Assembly: GCA_039680575.1 (NCBI GenBank)
Contig: JBDKSP010000071.1
Span: 32,001 to 96,000 of the forward strand
Length of the DNA: 64,000 nucleotides
Reading direction: 5' to 3'
From: Armatimonadota bacterium
GTDB lineage: Bacteria > Armatimonadota > UBA5829 > DTLH01
In this document: piece after piece, positions 48,613-58,415 of the stretch
Position numbering within the stretch: position 1 is the first letter of the stretch
How the letters are laid out: each line of letters starts with the position of its first letter
The notes under the pieces: model-generated
What the model was told of the DNA's origin: nothing
Database searches by the model: none
Seen by the model: the letters and a program-made list of their open reading frames with translations, nothing else
Position numbers and translations under genes: made by a program

Positions 48613-49176
48613 CTATTCCTCGCTTCTGTTATATCGGTTCATCGCGGGCTCCAGCCCTTCAGTGATGATTACCTCGATAGCATCAGCGGCGGTGAGGATG
48701 GCTTCGTGAGCGATCTGGCGTTCTGCCCGGGCGAACCTGGAGAGCACATGGTCTATGGCGTCGCCGCTGGCCGAGCCGATCCCCACCCGCACTCTCGGAA
48801 AATCATTGGTATGCAGGTGGGAGATAATCGAGCGCATTCCATTGTGACCGCCTGCGCTGCCGCCCGGTCTGATCCTGATCTTCCCCAGGGGCAGCGCCAT
48901 ATCATCATAGACTACCAGTATTTCAGAAGGCTCGATCTTTTCCCTGCGTGCGATATTCGAGACTGCCTCACCCGAGAGGTTCATGAATGTCTGGGGTTTC
49001 ATAAACGTGACTTCACTCTCCCCGACCTTCGCGCGGGCGATGAGGGCGCGCCCCATCCGGCGCAGGATACGTACATGGAAGCGCTTTGCCAGGACATCCA
49101 GCACCTCGAACCCTACATTGTGGCGAGTGCCTGCATAGTCCCGTCCGGGATTGCCGAGCCCTACGATTAATTTCAA
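48613..49176 (-). CDS. pth: Peptidyl-tRNA hydrolase
   Basis: LIVGLGNPG, TRHNVGF, KPQTFMNLSG, GGHNG. Confidence 0.97.
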   Translation of the reverse strand: MKLIVGLGNPGRDYAGTRHNVGFEVLDVLAKRFHVRILRRMGRALIARAKVGESEVTFMKPQTFMNLSGEAVSNIARREKIEPSEILVVYDDMALPLGKIRIRPGGSAGGHNGMRSIISHLHTNDFPRVRVGIGSASGDAIDHVLSRFARAERQIAHEAILTAADAIEVIITEGLEPAMNRYNRSEE

Positions 49177-50135
49177 CTCTGCCCTGTCCAGGAGCCCTCG
49201 AACAACTGGCTTACGGAGGACTCATTGTGAATCCTGCGGATAGCGTCGGCCAGAATCGGCGCAACGGAAAGCACTACCATTTTTCCGGTCTGTTTTTCCT
49301 GGGGAAGCGGTATAGTGTTGGTCGAGATAACCTGTTTGATCGGTGAGGCTTCGAGCTTGGAAATCGCTTCGTCGGAGAATATTCCGTGCGTACAGGCTGC
49401 ATATACCTCTTTTGCGCCCCGCTCGGCAAGCGCTTTCGCACCCGAGACGATGGACCCGCCGGTGTCGATCATATCGTCTATCATGATGCATGACCTGCCG
49501 GCTATGTCTCCTATGACCTCCATGACCTCGGACCTGTTCGGCTCCGGTCTGCGCTTGACTATAATGGCTATCGGAGTGCCGAGGACTTCAGCCATTGCCC
49601 TTGTCCGCGTTACCCCGCCCACATCAGGTGAAACCACTACCGAATTATTATGGATTGTCACGGTGTTTTTCAGGTAATCGGCTATGATCGGGCCTGCGTA
49701 GAGATTATCGACCGGCATGTCGAAAAAACCCTGCAACTGTCCGGCATGGAGGTCGAGAGCGAGCAGTCGGTCGGCTCCAGCGGTGTCTATCAGGTTTGCC
49801 AGGAGCTTCGCTGTTATCGGCTGTCTCGGTTTCACCTTCTTGTCCTGCCTGGAATAGCTATAATAAGGCATCACAACGTTGATCCTGCGCGCGCTGGCGC
49901 GGCGGAGCGCGTCCAGGATAATCAGGAGCTCCATTACATTATCGTTTACCGGGCAGCAGCCGGACTGGATAACGAATACATCCTTCCCGCGCACACTTTC
50001 GTTGATCTGCACCCACACTTCGCCGTCTGAGAACCTGCGCAGGGTCATATCGCCCACCGAAATTCCAAGATTAGCTGCTATGTCGCCTGCCAGCTTGGGG
50101 TTCGAGCTGCCGCTGAACAAACGAAGATCATTCAT
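49173..50135 (-). CDS. prs: Ribose-phosphate pyrophosphokinase
   Basis: FSDGE, PYYSYSRQDK, DLHAGQ, VSPDVGG, IDDMIDTGGS. Confidence 0.97.
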   Translation of the reverse strand: MNDLRLFSGSSNPKLAGDIAANLGISVGDMTLRRFSDGEVWVQINESVRGKDVFVIQSGCCPVNDNVMELLIILDALRRASARRINVVMPYYSYSRQDKKVKPRQPITAKLLANLIDTAGADRLLALDLHAGQLQGFFDMPVDNLYAGPIIADYLKNTVTIHNNSVVVSPDVGGVTRTRAMAEVLGTPIAIIVKRRPEPNRSEVMEVIGDIAGRSCIMIDDMIDTGGSIVSGAKALAERGAKEVYAACTHGIFSDEAISKLEASPIKQVISTNTIPLPQEKQTGKMVVLSVAPILADAIRRIHNESSVSQLFEGSWTGQS

Positions 50136-50136
50136 A

Positions 50137-51141
50137 CTACTTATTCACTTCCTTAATATGATCGAATGGACCGATACACGCGTTATCCGGGACTGCGGCA
50201 CTTGTGACTACCGAAGACACGATATGCGCTTCACTTCCGATTGCAGCATCGGTTAGCCTGGTAAACGGACCGATTACGGAACGTTCGCCGATTACAGTGC
50301 TTCCCTCGATGACCGTGCTCGGATATATCACACTGTCCCTGCCGATTTTGACCCCGGCATCGATATATACGGCATCGGGGTCGATAATCGTCACGCCGTC
50401 CAGCATCAGCGCGTCGAGTATTCGGCGCCGCATGATGGATGCGGCATCGGCCAGCTCGATGCGTGTGTTGATTCCGAGCGTATCACGCGGATCGTCCGCT
50501 GTCACGGCTCCGACTTTGTGGCCTCTGCTCCGCAGGATTTCGATGGTATCGGTCAGATAATACTCACCCTGGGCGTTGTCGGTCCTGAGCTCAGTGAGTG
50601 CAGCTTTCAGCAGCTCGACATCAAAACAGTAGATCGATGTTGCGACCTCGTTTATCGCAAGCACTTCAGGAGATGCGTCACGGGCTTCGACTATCCTCTC
50701 GACATTTCCGTCGGGTCCGCGTATGATCCTGCCGTAGTTTGCCGGTTCGTCCAGGAGCGCCGTGAGAAGAGTCGCGGCAGATTTCGATGATTTGTGCGAC
50801 GTTATCAGCTTTTCGATAGCTGATGGAGTTATAAGCGGAGCATCACCTGGGAGAAGGAGCATGTGTGATTTGTCTACCTGAGGCATCGCCTGCATTGCCG
50901 CGTGGCCTGTTCCAAGCTGCGGGGACTGCACGGCATAGAGTACATCACTTCCGATGGCCGCTTTGACCTTTGCGGATTCATAGCCAACGACAACAATGGT
51001 CTCTTCGATACCGGCCGCGCGGCAGGCATCGACAATGTGCCGGGTAACGGGCTTGCCGCAGATAGTATGTACTGCTTTTGGAAGCGCGGATTTCATCCGG
51101 GTACTTTTACCCGCTGCGAGAATGACGGCGGCAAAGTCCAT
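50137..51141 (-). CDS. glmU: GlmU-like uridylyltransferase, C-terminally short (334 aa)
   Basis: LAAGKSTRMKS..PK, QLGTGHA, YGRIIR, NAQGEYYLTD; only a few hexapeptide repeats; glmU-prs synteny. Confidence 0.85.
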   Translation of the reverse strand: MDFAAVILAAGKSTRMKSALPKAVHTICGKPVTRHIVDACRAAGIEETIVVVGYESAKVKAAIGSDVLYAVQSPQLGTGHAAMQAMPQVDKSHMLLLPGDAPLITPSAIEKLITSHKSSKSAATLLTALLDEPANYGRIIRGPDGNVERIVEARDASPEVLAINEVATSIYCFDVELLKAALTELRTDNAQGEYYLTDTIEILRSRGHKVGAVTADDPRDTLGINTRIELADAASIMRRRILDALMLDGVTIIDPDAVYIDAGVKIGRDSVIYPSTVIEGSTVIGERSVIGPFTRLTDAAIGSEAHIVSSVVTSAAVPDNACIGPFDHIKEVNK

Positions 51142-51276
51142 AAAGCGATAATACCATCCTGATTATAGATATTTTTATGAGGGATACGGCGTAATTATAC
51201 CGCTTAGGGAGATCATCCGCAAATTTATTTAGGGATATAGAGGGCGAACGCGTCTTATTTCGAAGCGGTACCAAAG

Positions 51277-51350
51277 ATTCTGAATCGCGAAATGCGCGAA
51301 GAAGCGCAAAAGACGCGAAAATGGAATTGGTGGATGCCGTGCTTCGGGAT
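51277..51350 (+). repeat. Repeat family A copy
   Basis: 73/74 identical (inverted) to 45760-45833. Confidence 0.9.
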
Positions 51351-51447
51351 TCAAAGCATACAAGCATAGGAAAATGACGGGATAGTGGATGCCGCTAGAA
51401 AAGCGGAAGCTGCCGCATGCGTTAGCTCTAAGGTGGCGGGGAGTGAA

Positions 51448-52404
51448 TCACCCCTGTCCCCGGAGTGCTTTGTCCGTTATCTCCCGCACAAATGACTCTT
51501 TGGCGTCGGTATAGCCTTCGCGGTCGCCCTGGCAGCGCCGGGCAAGGTCACGCTTCAAGTCAACATACCGCGCGGCATCCGCTGGGTGGGTCCGCAGATA
51601 ATCGCGAAACGCCAGCCCCTCCCACAACCTGTGGCCTGCGGGCGCCATGTGGATATGGTGAGTGCGTATGCCGGTAACCCTGTCTCTCAGGATGAAGCAC
51701 ATGTGGTCTTTGTAGTACCAATACTCGTTTTCAGGGCTGTTGAAGGCCGGAACTGCCCGTTTTCTCGCCTCTTCACAGGACGGTATCTCCACCAGAATGT
51801 CGATGACCGGTTTTGCAGGCATGCCCGGAATGGATGTGCTCCCGTAGTGTTCTATACGCAGCGCAATATCAGACCCGAGAAGGTTTTTGATCCGCTCCTG
51901 CATCTCGATGTACATCTGCGGCCATGACGGGTTGTAGTCTACGATGTCGATGGCGTCGTCCAATGGAGCGCCGATATAGCCGTTCGATACGATTCGGAAT
52001 TCGCGGAGGGCGGGAGCGTCATTGTTCCACTCATCCGGGCATCTTGCGGTAAATTCTCCGCACGGCTTTTCATGAACGGACTGGTCCAGCCATTGCCACG
52101 TGAGCTTTTCCTGCCAGATCACCTCATCTTTCCCGTTCCGCGGCTCCAGGATGCTCCACAGATCGCCGTCTATCTCCCACGCCATAAATCCGGCGGGAAT
52201 ACACTCGATCCGGTCCACCTCAACGCCAAGAAAGTGGATGTAGTCTCTGTCGCTCGTGCCGCTCGCATACTGAACCTGTCTGGCGACATTATGGGCATGT
52301 TTTACTTCGGAAAGCCTGCCGAATGTCTGGATAAGAAACGGTATGGTTTCATCCGGCGAGCCTTTATAGATACCGCCGACCAATCGAAGCCGTGGAGTTT
52401 TCAT
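51448..52404 (-). CDS. GrpB-family protein with extra N-terminal (GyrI-like?) domain
   Basis: YNPSWP, IEHYGSTSIPGMPAKPVIDI, HHIH, FRDYLRTHP, YTDAK. Confidence 0.8.
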   Translation of the reverse strand: MKTPRLRLVGGIYKGSPDETIPFLIQTFGRLSEVKHAHNVARQVQYASGTSDRDYIHFLGVEVDRIECIPAGFMAWEIDGDLWSILEPRNGKDEVIWQEKLTWQWLDQSVHEKPCGEFTARCPDEWNNDAPALREFRIVSNGYIGAPLDDAIDIVDYNPSWPQMYIEMQERIKNLLGSDIALRIEHYGSTSIPGMPAKPVIDILVEIPSCEEARKRAVPAFNSPENEYWYYKDHMCFILRDRVTGIRTHHIHMAPAGHRLWEGLAFRDYLRTHPADAARYVDLKRDLARRCQGDREGYTDAKESFVREITDKALRGQG

Positions 52405-53087
52405 TAAATCCCTTTCGATTCCCGTAATCGCAAAACTTTAGTATAGAACAACGAGTCGGACGGTATTTCGAAAGCCGCCAGGTGTTCATGGAGCATAGAC
52501 TCGGCCTGCTTTCGCCCCAGACGGTCGGCTGCAATCAGCATCTCAGGCACCCACCGCTCCACCAGGTCCCAGATATAACTGTAGATGCCGAGTGTACGCC
52601 CTGTAATACCGACTTTGGTGATTATGAACTGGCGGTCAAGGTTTATAAGCACCCGGTCAGCGCTGTGCTTTGCGTCGGGTGTGAGCATTCGCTTCAGGTC
52701 TATTGTGGAGATGGGGCCATACGACTCGATGGCACGATACACCTGCTGCGCTTCGGGTGACAGCAGCCCGTTGAAGATCAATTCATCGGCTACTGCGCCG
52801 TTCGTCGCTATAAAAACAGGCAGCAGTGGATATGACAGGAACCCAGGTTGGCTGCCAAAGACGCGCGTGTAGTATACACGCTTTTCGGTGTGCAGATCGT
52901 CCTTCCAAAACCAGATATCCGGCACGCCGGGGTTGACCTCACCGAGCGCTTCATACTGGCTGGGAAATTCCGGGTACTTTAGCAATGGCTTGCCCGTGCA
53001 GCACCCGACAGCTTCCACAAAGCGCACCATGTCTTCGGGGTTACGCACCTTTTCCGCCCATTTTTTACGCCACTTGCCTGCACTCAC
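52404..53087 (-). CDS. Hypothetical protein, AlkZ-related winged-helix type (tentative)
   Basis: WFWKDDL..EKRVYYTRVF motif; stop overlaps the GrpB start (TAATG). Confidence 0.5.
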   Translation of the reverse strand: MSAGKWRKKWAEKVRNPEDMVRFVEAVGCCTGKPLLKYPEFPSQYEALGEVNPGVPDIWFWKDDLHTEKRVYYTRVFGSQPGFLSYPLLPVFIATNGAVADELIFNGLLSPEAQQVYRAIESYGPISTIDLKRMLTPDAKHSADRVLINLDRQFIITKVGITGRTLGIYSYIWDLVERWVPEMLIAADRLGRKQAESMLHEHLAAFEIPSDSLFYTKVLRLRESKGI

Positions 53088-53294
53088 GACCGAACCAACC
53101 TTTCATTGCAGCAAAATACAATATCATCATACCATGCTGCTTATCAAGGTTGGAAATCCGGCGGATTTTGTCTGTGAAGCGAGGTAGCAACAGCATCTTG
53201 AAGAAAGCCGGGACTAAACCCCGCAAGCTAAACTGGTTTCATAGGGCTCAGTCCCGGTTTTCCCGGTTCAGTAGGCTTTATGTCCGAACCTGGA

Positions 53295-53795
53295 CTACAT
53301 CCGTCTTGACTCTATCTTGCTTTCGACGACGTTCCTGATAAGGCGTCGTGTTCGTTCAACGAACGCCATCTTGTCGGCGAGACAAGTCTCAAGTAATAGG
53401 CCGACTCCGTAGTTACCCGTTACATCGGCCGCTTCAGTCAGAGCCACAAATTCACCGATGCGGAGATGGTTCAGATGGCTTGCCTTGATCAGAATGTATA
53501 AACGCCGCGCTGCAGGAGAATCTATCTCAGAAAGCTCCTTGCGGAAGTCCTCTACAAACACGTCATGAAGCCGTCCGGTGGGTTTCACTGGACTCTCGCC
53601 TATCATGTCGAAGCACTTATCGATAGTATTCAGAACCTTGTTTGATACAAAGGCTCTGGCCTGCAGGGCATCCTTAATGTCCGGATTATCAGCTTCCTCA
53701 CTCATCATCTGATAAATGGTAGTTGCGTTCTCCGTGCCCTGCCGCACGTTGCTCAGTATTTTCACAAATAGATCCTTCTGGTTTCCAATTGCCAT
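53295..53795 (-). CDS. DUF892/YciF-like ferritin-fold protein
   Basis: KDLFVKILS..., helical, AAGGAG RBS; adjacent to pfpI-like gene. Confidence 0.6.
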   Translation of the reverse strand: MAIGNQKDLFVKILSNVRQGTENATTIYQMMSEEADNPDIKDALQARAFVSNKVLNTIDKCFDMIGESPVKPTGRLHDVFVEDFRKELSEIDSPAARRLYILIKASHLNHLRIGEFVALTEAADVTGNYGVGLLLETCLADKMAFVERTRRLIRNVVESKIESRRM

Positions 53796-54024
53796 AATAT
53801 TTGCTCCTTTTCAGCACATGTATCAGTTATGATGTTGCCTTCTGGACCGATCATTGTGGCATATATTCCCATAAGCAAGCACGAATATGGCAAGAGCGCA
53901 CAGAAATATTTCGGACAAATTGAAAACCGATGCCGTCTATTGAGTAACCGCCCACACAACATATTTCGGCAAAAAAACCGAGATTCCCATCCCGGACCTC
54001 TTCTCAAAACTATGAAATTTCCCC

Positions 54025-54603
54025 CTACATCGCCTGTGCGGGCTCTTTTTTGGGCTTTACACCTTCGCTGAAGAGTTGGACCATTGCCTGGTTGAAGGCT
54101 GGAAGGTCTCTCGGAGAGCGGCTAGTCACCCAGTTGTTGTCTACCACCACTTCCTGGTCCACCCAGTTGCCTCCGGCGTTTACAATGTCGTCCTTGATCG
54201 TGTGATAGCTGGTGAGTGTCCGGCCTTTGACGAGTCCGGCGGAGACGAGTGTCCACGGGGCGTGGCAGATGACGGCAATCGGTTTTCCGGCCTCATCGAA
54301 CTGTCGGACGAACTCTTTTGCCTTGTCGTTTGCTCTTAACTGGTCGGGGTTCAATGCGCCGCCCGGAAGAAGGAGAGCGTCAAAATCGTCAGCATTTGCG
54401 TCGTTAAGCGGTACATCCACATTGAACTTATCCGCGGGTTTATCGTGGTTTACCCCCTGAACCTGTCCTTCCGCTGGCGAGACTATAAACGTCTGAGCCC
54501 CTGCGTATGAAAGGGCTTTTCTGGGCTCGGTCAGCTCTACCTGTTCGAAGTCATCAGCGACAAGAATCGCTACTTTTTTGCCATCGAGAGTCCTTTGTGC
54601 CAT
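54025..54603 (-). CDS. PfpI/DJ-1 family (type 1 glutamine amidotransferase-like) protein
   Basis: DDFEQVEL, LLPGG, AVICHAPW, TSRSPRDLPAF. Confidence 0.93.
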   Translation of the reverse strand: MAQRTLDGKKVAILVADDFEQVELTEPRKALSYAGAQTFIVSPAEGQVQGVNHDKPADKFNVDVPLNDANADDFDALLLPGGALNPDQLRANDKAKEFVRQFDEAGKPIAVICHAPWTLVSAGLVKGRTLTSYHTIKDDIVNAGGNWVDQEVVVDNNWVTSRSPRDLPAFNQAMVQLFSEGVKPKKEPAQAM

Positions 54604-54640
54604 TTAATTACCTCCCTGTCCGAAATCTCAATAAATAATC

Positions 54641-54667
54641 GTTACCCGGTCAGCAGACTCAGGAAAC
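54641..54667 (-). promoter_or_regulatory. SigB/SigF-like promoter
   Basis: GTTT-16 bp-GGGTAAC upstream of the pfpI-like gene. Confidence 0.65.
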
Positions 54668-54681
54668 GCGAGGGAGTGGAT

Positions 54682-54935
54682 GTCGTGCTTCTCCCCGTGG
54701 TCCGGTAGGTCCACGGGGTGGATGAAAGGCGATCCCGGGATTTCGACACTTGCAGTGTCGGCTTCGGCAGCTATCGCGCTTTCTTTGAAAGCGCTGTCGC
54801 GGCAGCATCATCTATAGATGCGAGAGCAAGCAGTCCGAAGCAACGGAACGTCTTGCTGAACTTGATTCAGCATCCAGGAAGAATGGGCATGGATGCCCTG
54901 GAGAATGGGGACCGGGGCAGGATCCCCCGGCCCAT
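54682..54935. repeat. Cluster of REP-like palindromes
   Basis: CCCCGTGG palindrome 54693-54718, CGTC-REP 54849-54878, gggcatggatgccc and ggggcaggatccccc elements. Confidence 0.75.
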
Positions 54936-54947
54936 CAGAAATCTGAC

Positions 54948-56627
54948 TTATACCTCGGTAAAAACGGGAATAATCATCGGGCGGCGGCCCGTAGTCACGT
55001 GGAGATACTTGCCCAGCGCGCTTCTCATAGCTGGTTTGATAGCGTCCCACTGGGTCACGCCGTCGGCCATCATCTCATCGGCTTTACGGAGCATCACTTC
55101 CTTAGCTTCGTCCATAATCTCTTCTTCATGCTCAGGGATTACGAACCCCCTGGAGACGATATCCGGGCCGGAGATGATCTTCCCTGTGGATTTGTCGATA
55201 GTCCCGACAACTACGATGACCCCGTCCTGCGACAGGTGCCGCCGGTCTCGTAGGACAACATCGGTTACATCGCCGACACCCATTCCATCTACCATAACGC
55301 TGCCGTACTGGTCGATCTTACCGGCAATCTGCCCGCCTTCTTTGTCGATTTCGAGAATATCGCCTATTTCGAGCCCGATCACGCTCTCTGGACCGTAGCC
55401 CATACCCTGCGCCAGTTCGACATACTTGGCAAAATGCCTCGGCTCGCCGTGGACAGGTATTATGTAGCTCGGCCTGAGGAGGCTCAGCATCAGCCGAAGG
55501 TCTCCCTGATTGCCGTGGCCGGAAACATGGACCGGGGCTATTGCGTCGTATATTACCTTTGCGCCTTGTCTGAACAAATTGTTGATCGTCCGCATCACGA
55601 GGTCTTCATTGCCCGGAATAGGCGTAGCGGAGATGATTACCGTATCGCCAGGGCCGATTTTGATCTTCTTATGCTCGTCCATTGCCATTCGAGTGAGAGC
55701 TGAGAGCGGCTCACCCTGGCTGCCTGTCGTCATGACGACTACATCTTTCTGATCGACAGACGAAAGTTCGGAAAGGGTTATTCTGGTGTCATCCGGGACC
55801 TTCAGATACCCTAATTGCTCGGCAATTTCGCTGTTCCTGGCCATACTGCGGCCGATTACGAGCACTTTTTTGCCGTAGCGGTGAGCTGCGTTGAATACTT
55901 CCTGCATCCGGTGGATGTTCGATGCAAATGTTGCGATAATAATCCGTCCGTCTGCCTCGGCAAATGCTTCATTCAGCGCGTCTCTCACGACCGTTTCGCT
56001 CGGAGTATAGCCCTTTTTCTCGACGTTCGTGGAATCGGTCATCATCACGAGCACGCCTTCATTGCCGAGCTGTGCAAACCGTGCAGCATCTATGGTAAGC
56101 CCCGATGCAGGAGTGTAATCGAACTTAAAATCGCTTGTGTAGACGATTGTTCCGGCAGGGGTCCTGATGGCAAGTCCGGTGGCATCCGGTATGCTGTGGC
56201 TGACGCGGATGAACTCCACCTCGAAGCTCCGTTTGAACTTGGCTACATCTCCGGATTTGACTTCATTCATCTCGACTGACTCGGCCAAGTCGTGCTCTTC
56301 GAGCTTTGCTTGAATAAGGCCGAGAGTCAGACGGCTTCCCCAGATCGGCACATCCATCTGGTTCAATATATAAGGCAGCGCGCCGATGTGGTCCTCATGC
56401 CCGTGCGTCAGGATTATTCCGACGACTTTTTTCTTATTTTCCAGAAGATAGCTGATATCTGGAATGACTATGTCTACCCCGAGCATTTCATCTTCGGGGA
56501 ACATAAGCCCGGCGTCGACTACAAGAATATCATTGCCGTATCTGATGGCGAACATATTCTTGCCTATTTCGCCGACTCCGCCGAGCGGGATAATTTGCAG
56601 TGGTTTAGGATTGTCTGATATACGCAT
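54948..56627 (-). CDS. rnj: Ribonuclease J
   Basis: PLGGVGEIGKN, THGHEDHIG, HSIPD, TGSQGEP, HVSGH, PVHGE, RRPMI. Confidence 0.97.
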   Translation of the reverse strand: MRISDNPKPLQIIPLGGVGEIGKNMFAIRYGNDILVVDAGLMFPEDEMLGVDIVIPDISYLLENKKKVVGIILTHGHEDHIGALPYILNQMDVPIWGSRLTLGLIQAKLEEHDLAESVEMNEVKSGDVAKFKRSFEVEFIRVSHSIPDATGLAIRTPAGTIVYTSDFKFDYTPASGLTIDAARFAQLGNEGVLVMMTDSTNVEKKGYTPSETVVRDALNEAFAEADGRIIIATFASNIHRMQEVFNAAHRYGKKVLVIGRSMARNSEIAEQLGYLKVPDDTRITLSELSSVDQKDVVVMTTGSQGEPLSALTRMAMDEHKKIKIGPGDTVIISATPIPGNEDLVMRTINNLFRQGAKVIYDAIAPVHVSGHGNQGDLRLMLSLLRPSYIIPVHGEPRHFAKYVELAQGMGYGPESVIGLEIGDILEIDKEGGQIAGKIDQYGSVMVDGMGVGDVTDVVLRDRRHLSQDGVIVVVGTIDKSTGKIISGPDIVSRGFVIPEHEEEIMDEAKEVMLRKADEMMADGVTQWDAIKPAMRSALGKYLHVTTGRRPMIIPVFTEV

Positions 56628-56849
56628 GTCGGTGTTTAGTATACAACAGGATTTTTCTTATCGCAAATGGGGAAGGGCACAGAATGGATTGGCGTATGTC
56701 GTACTTCGTGACGAACTACGGTCTCGAAGCATAAAAATGGAAATTGGGGTTATAGGTTGAGAAGGATTTAGGATTTAGTGGAGATGGTGTAAGTTTCCAT
56801 CACCAGTCCCTAAACCCTATATCCTTTATTCTAAAGTCTCTCTTATTGA

Positions 56850-58142
56850 CTACAGTTTGAGCATTTCGGGCTTGAGCAATATGGTCTGCTCGCGGCCTCG
56901 GCCTACGGAAACCAGGACTACCGGCACTCCGACCGCTTCCGATATGTGCTTTATGTAATTCTGGGCGTTTACAGGAAGGTCATCATAGCTCCTCGCGCCG
57001 CTTATGTCCTCTTTCCAGCCCGGCAGCTCTTCGTAGACCGGCTTGCACTGCCCGAGTTTAACCGGATCGGTCGGGAAGTCCTCAACCCTCTCGCCGTTCA
57101 GATCGTAAGCTGTGCAGACGCAGATTTTGTCCAGCCCGGAGAGCACGTCCATCGATATAAGCGCGATGCCATCGACTGCGCTGACGAGTGCTGAAAGCCT
57201 TACGGCCACAGCATCGAACCATCCGCATCTCCTCGGTCGGCCTGTGGTCGTCCCATACTCTTTGCCGCGCTCGCGGAGGTAATTTCCGGTCTCGTTCTCA
57301 AGCTCTGTCGGGAACCAGCCCTCTCCCACGCGGGTCGTGTAGGATTTGGCAACGCCGATCACTTTGCCGATCATCGTCGGGCCGACGCCGGTCCCGATGC
57401 AGGCGCCTCCTGCTATCGTGTGAGACGATGTGACATAAGGATATGTGCCGTGGTCGATGTCCAGAAGCGTGCCGTGTGCGCCCTCAAAGACGATTCTCTT
57501 GCCCGCTTTGGCCTCTCTATGGAGCATGTGGGTCGTATCGGCGACAAATGGTGCGATTCTTTCTGCGTAGGCAGAGTACTCGGCGAATATTTCATCTTCA
57601 GAAAGCGGTTCGTGCTCGTATACCTTCGTCAGGATCTCGTTTTTTACGCTGAGAGCCTGGGAAAGCTTCTTACGGAACTGTTTCGGGTCGATAAGTTCCG
57701 ATATTCTGATCCCTATACGGGAGATTTTGTCTGCGTAGCAGGGACCTATGCCCCGGCCGGTCGTCCCGATCTTCCGGTCACCCTTCCGGCCCTCCTCCAG
57801 GCGATCGAAAAGCTTGTGGTAAGGCATAATCACGTGAGCATTACCGCTGATCTTCAGGCTCTTGCCGTTGTAACCTCTCTCTGTCAGAGAATCGAGTTCT
57901 TCGACCAGGACTGATGGATCGATTACTACACCGTCGGCGATTATGCTGGTTACACCTTTGTTCAGCGCGCCTACCGGGAGCGTGTGGAACTTGAAGATCT
58001 CTCCATCGATGACTACCGTGTGACCGGCGTTGTTTCCGCCGTTATATCTCACGACTATATCAGCATTCTGGGAGACGTAGTCTACGACTTTTCCTTTAGC
58101 CTCGTCACCCCACTGCATACCTACCACGACTATACTTGGCAT
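56850..58142 (-). CDS. purA: Adenylosuccinate synthase
   Basis: QWGDEAKGK, GGNNAGHT, IGTTGRGIGP, GTYPYVTSS, GTTTGRPRRCGWFD. Confidence 0.98.
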   Translation of the reverse strand: MPSIVVVGMQWGDEAKGKVVDYVSQNADIVVRYNGGNNAGHTVVIDGEIFKFHTLPVGALNKGVTSIIADGVVIDPSVLVEELDSLTERGYNGKSLKISGNAHVIMPYHKLFDRLEEGRKGDRKIGTTGRGIGPCYADKISRIGIRISELIDPKQFRKKLSQALSVKNEILTKVYEHEPLSEDEIFAEYSAYAERIAPFVADTTHMLHREAKAGKRIVFEGAHGTLLDIDHGTYPYVTSSHTIAGGACIGTGVGPTMIGKVIGVAKSYTTRVGEGWFPTELENETGNYLRERGKEYGTTTGRPRRCGWFDAVAVRLSALVSAVDGIALISMDVLSGLDKICVCTAYDLNGERVEDFPTDPVKLGQCKPVYEELPGWKEDISGARSYDDLPVNAQNYIKHISEAVGVPVVLVSVGRGREQTILLKPEMLKL

Positions 58143-58283
58143 TAAAAACTCCTAAGAGCACGTTTCAACAATTGGATTCAACAAGCTGAGGTATGATATG
58201 ACCTTACGCTGCTGGATTCGAAACACGCTATAAGTGGAATAGCTAGCACTGGACATTCGATTTTGCGGCCAGTACCAGCAGGC

Positions 58284-58312
58284 AGTATATCAAAATGAGA
58301 GTCCCATGTCAA
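58284..58312 (-). promoter_or_regulatory. sigma70-type promoter of purA
   Basis: TTGACA-17 bp-TATACT on the minus strand. Confidence 0.8.
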
Positions 58313-58415
58313 ACCGCAAGCGGGACTCGGTTCCAATTGCATTCAGAGACTATTATTTTCCTGTTATTGAGCTTGTGTAATAGGCTATAATGTAGCTTTA
58401 GTCAGGATATTATTA

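Noticed and set aside
53850..53900. Fourth SigB-like promoter before the DUF892 gene
   Set aside because: Only GGGAAT is present; no GTTT element at the expected spacing.
58205..58235. tRNA-like TTCGAATCC motif on the minus strand
   Set aside because: No cloverleaf, acceptor stem or anticodon arm; it is part of the purA leader hairpin.
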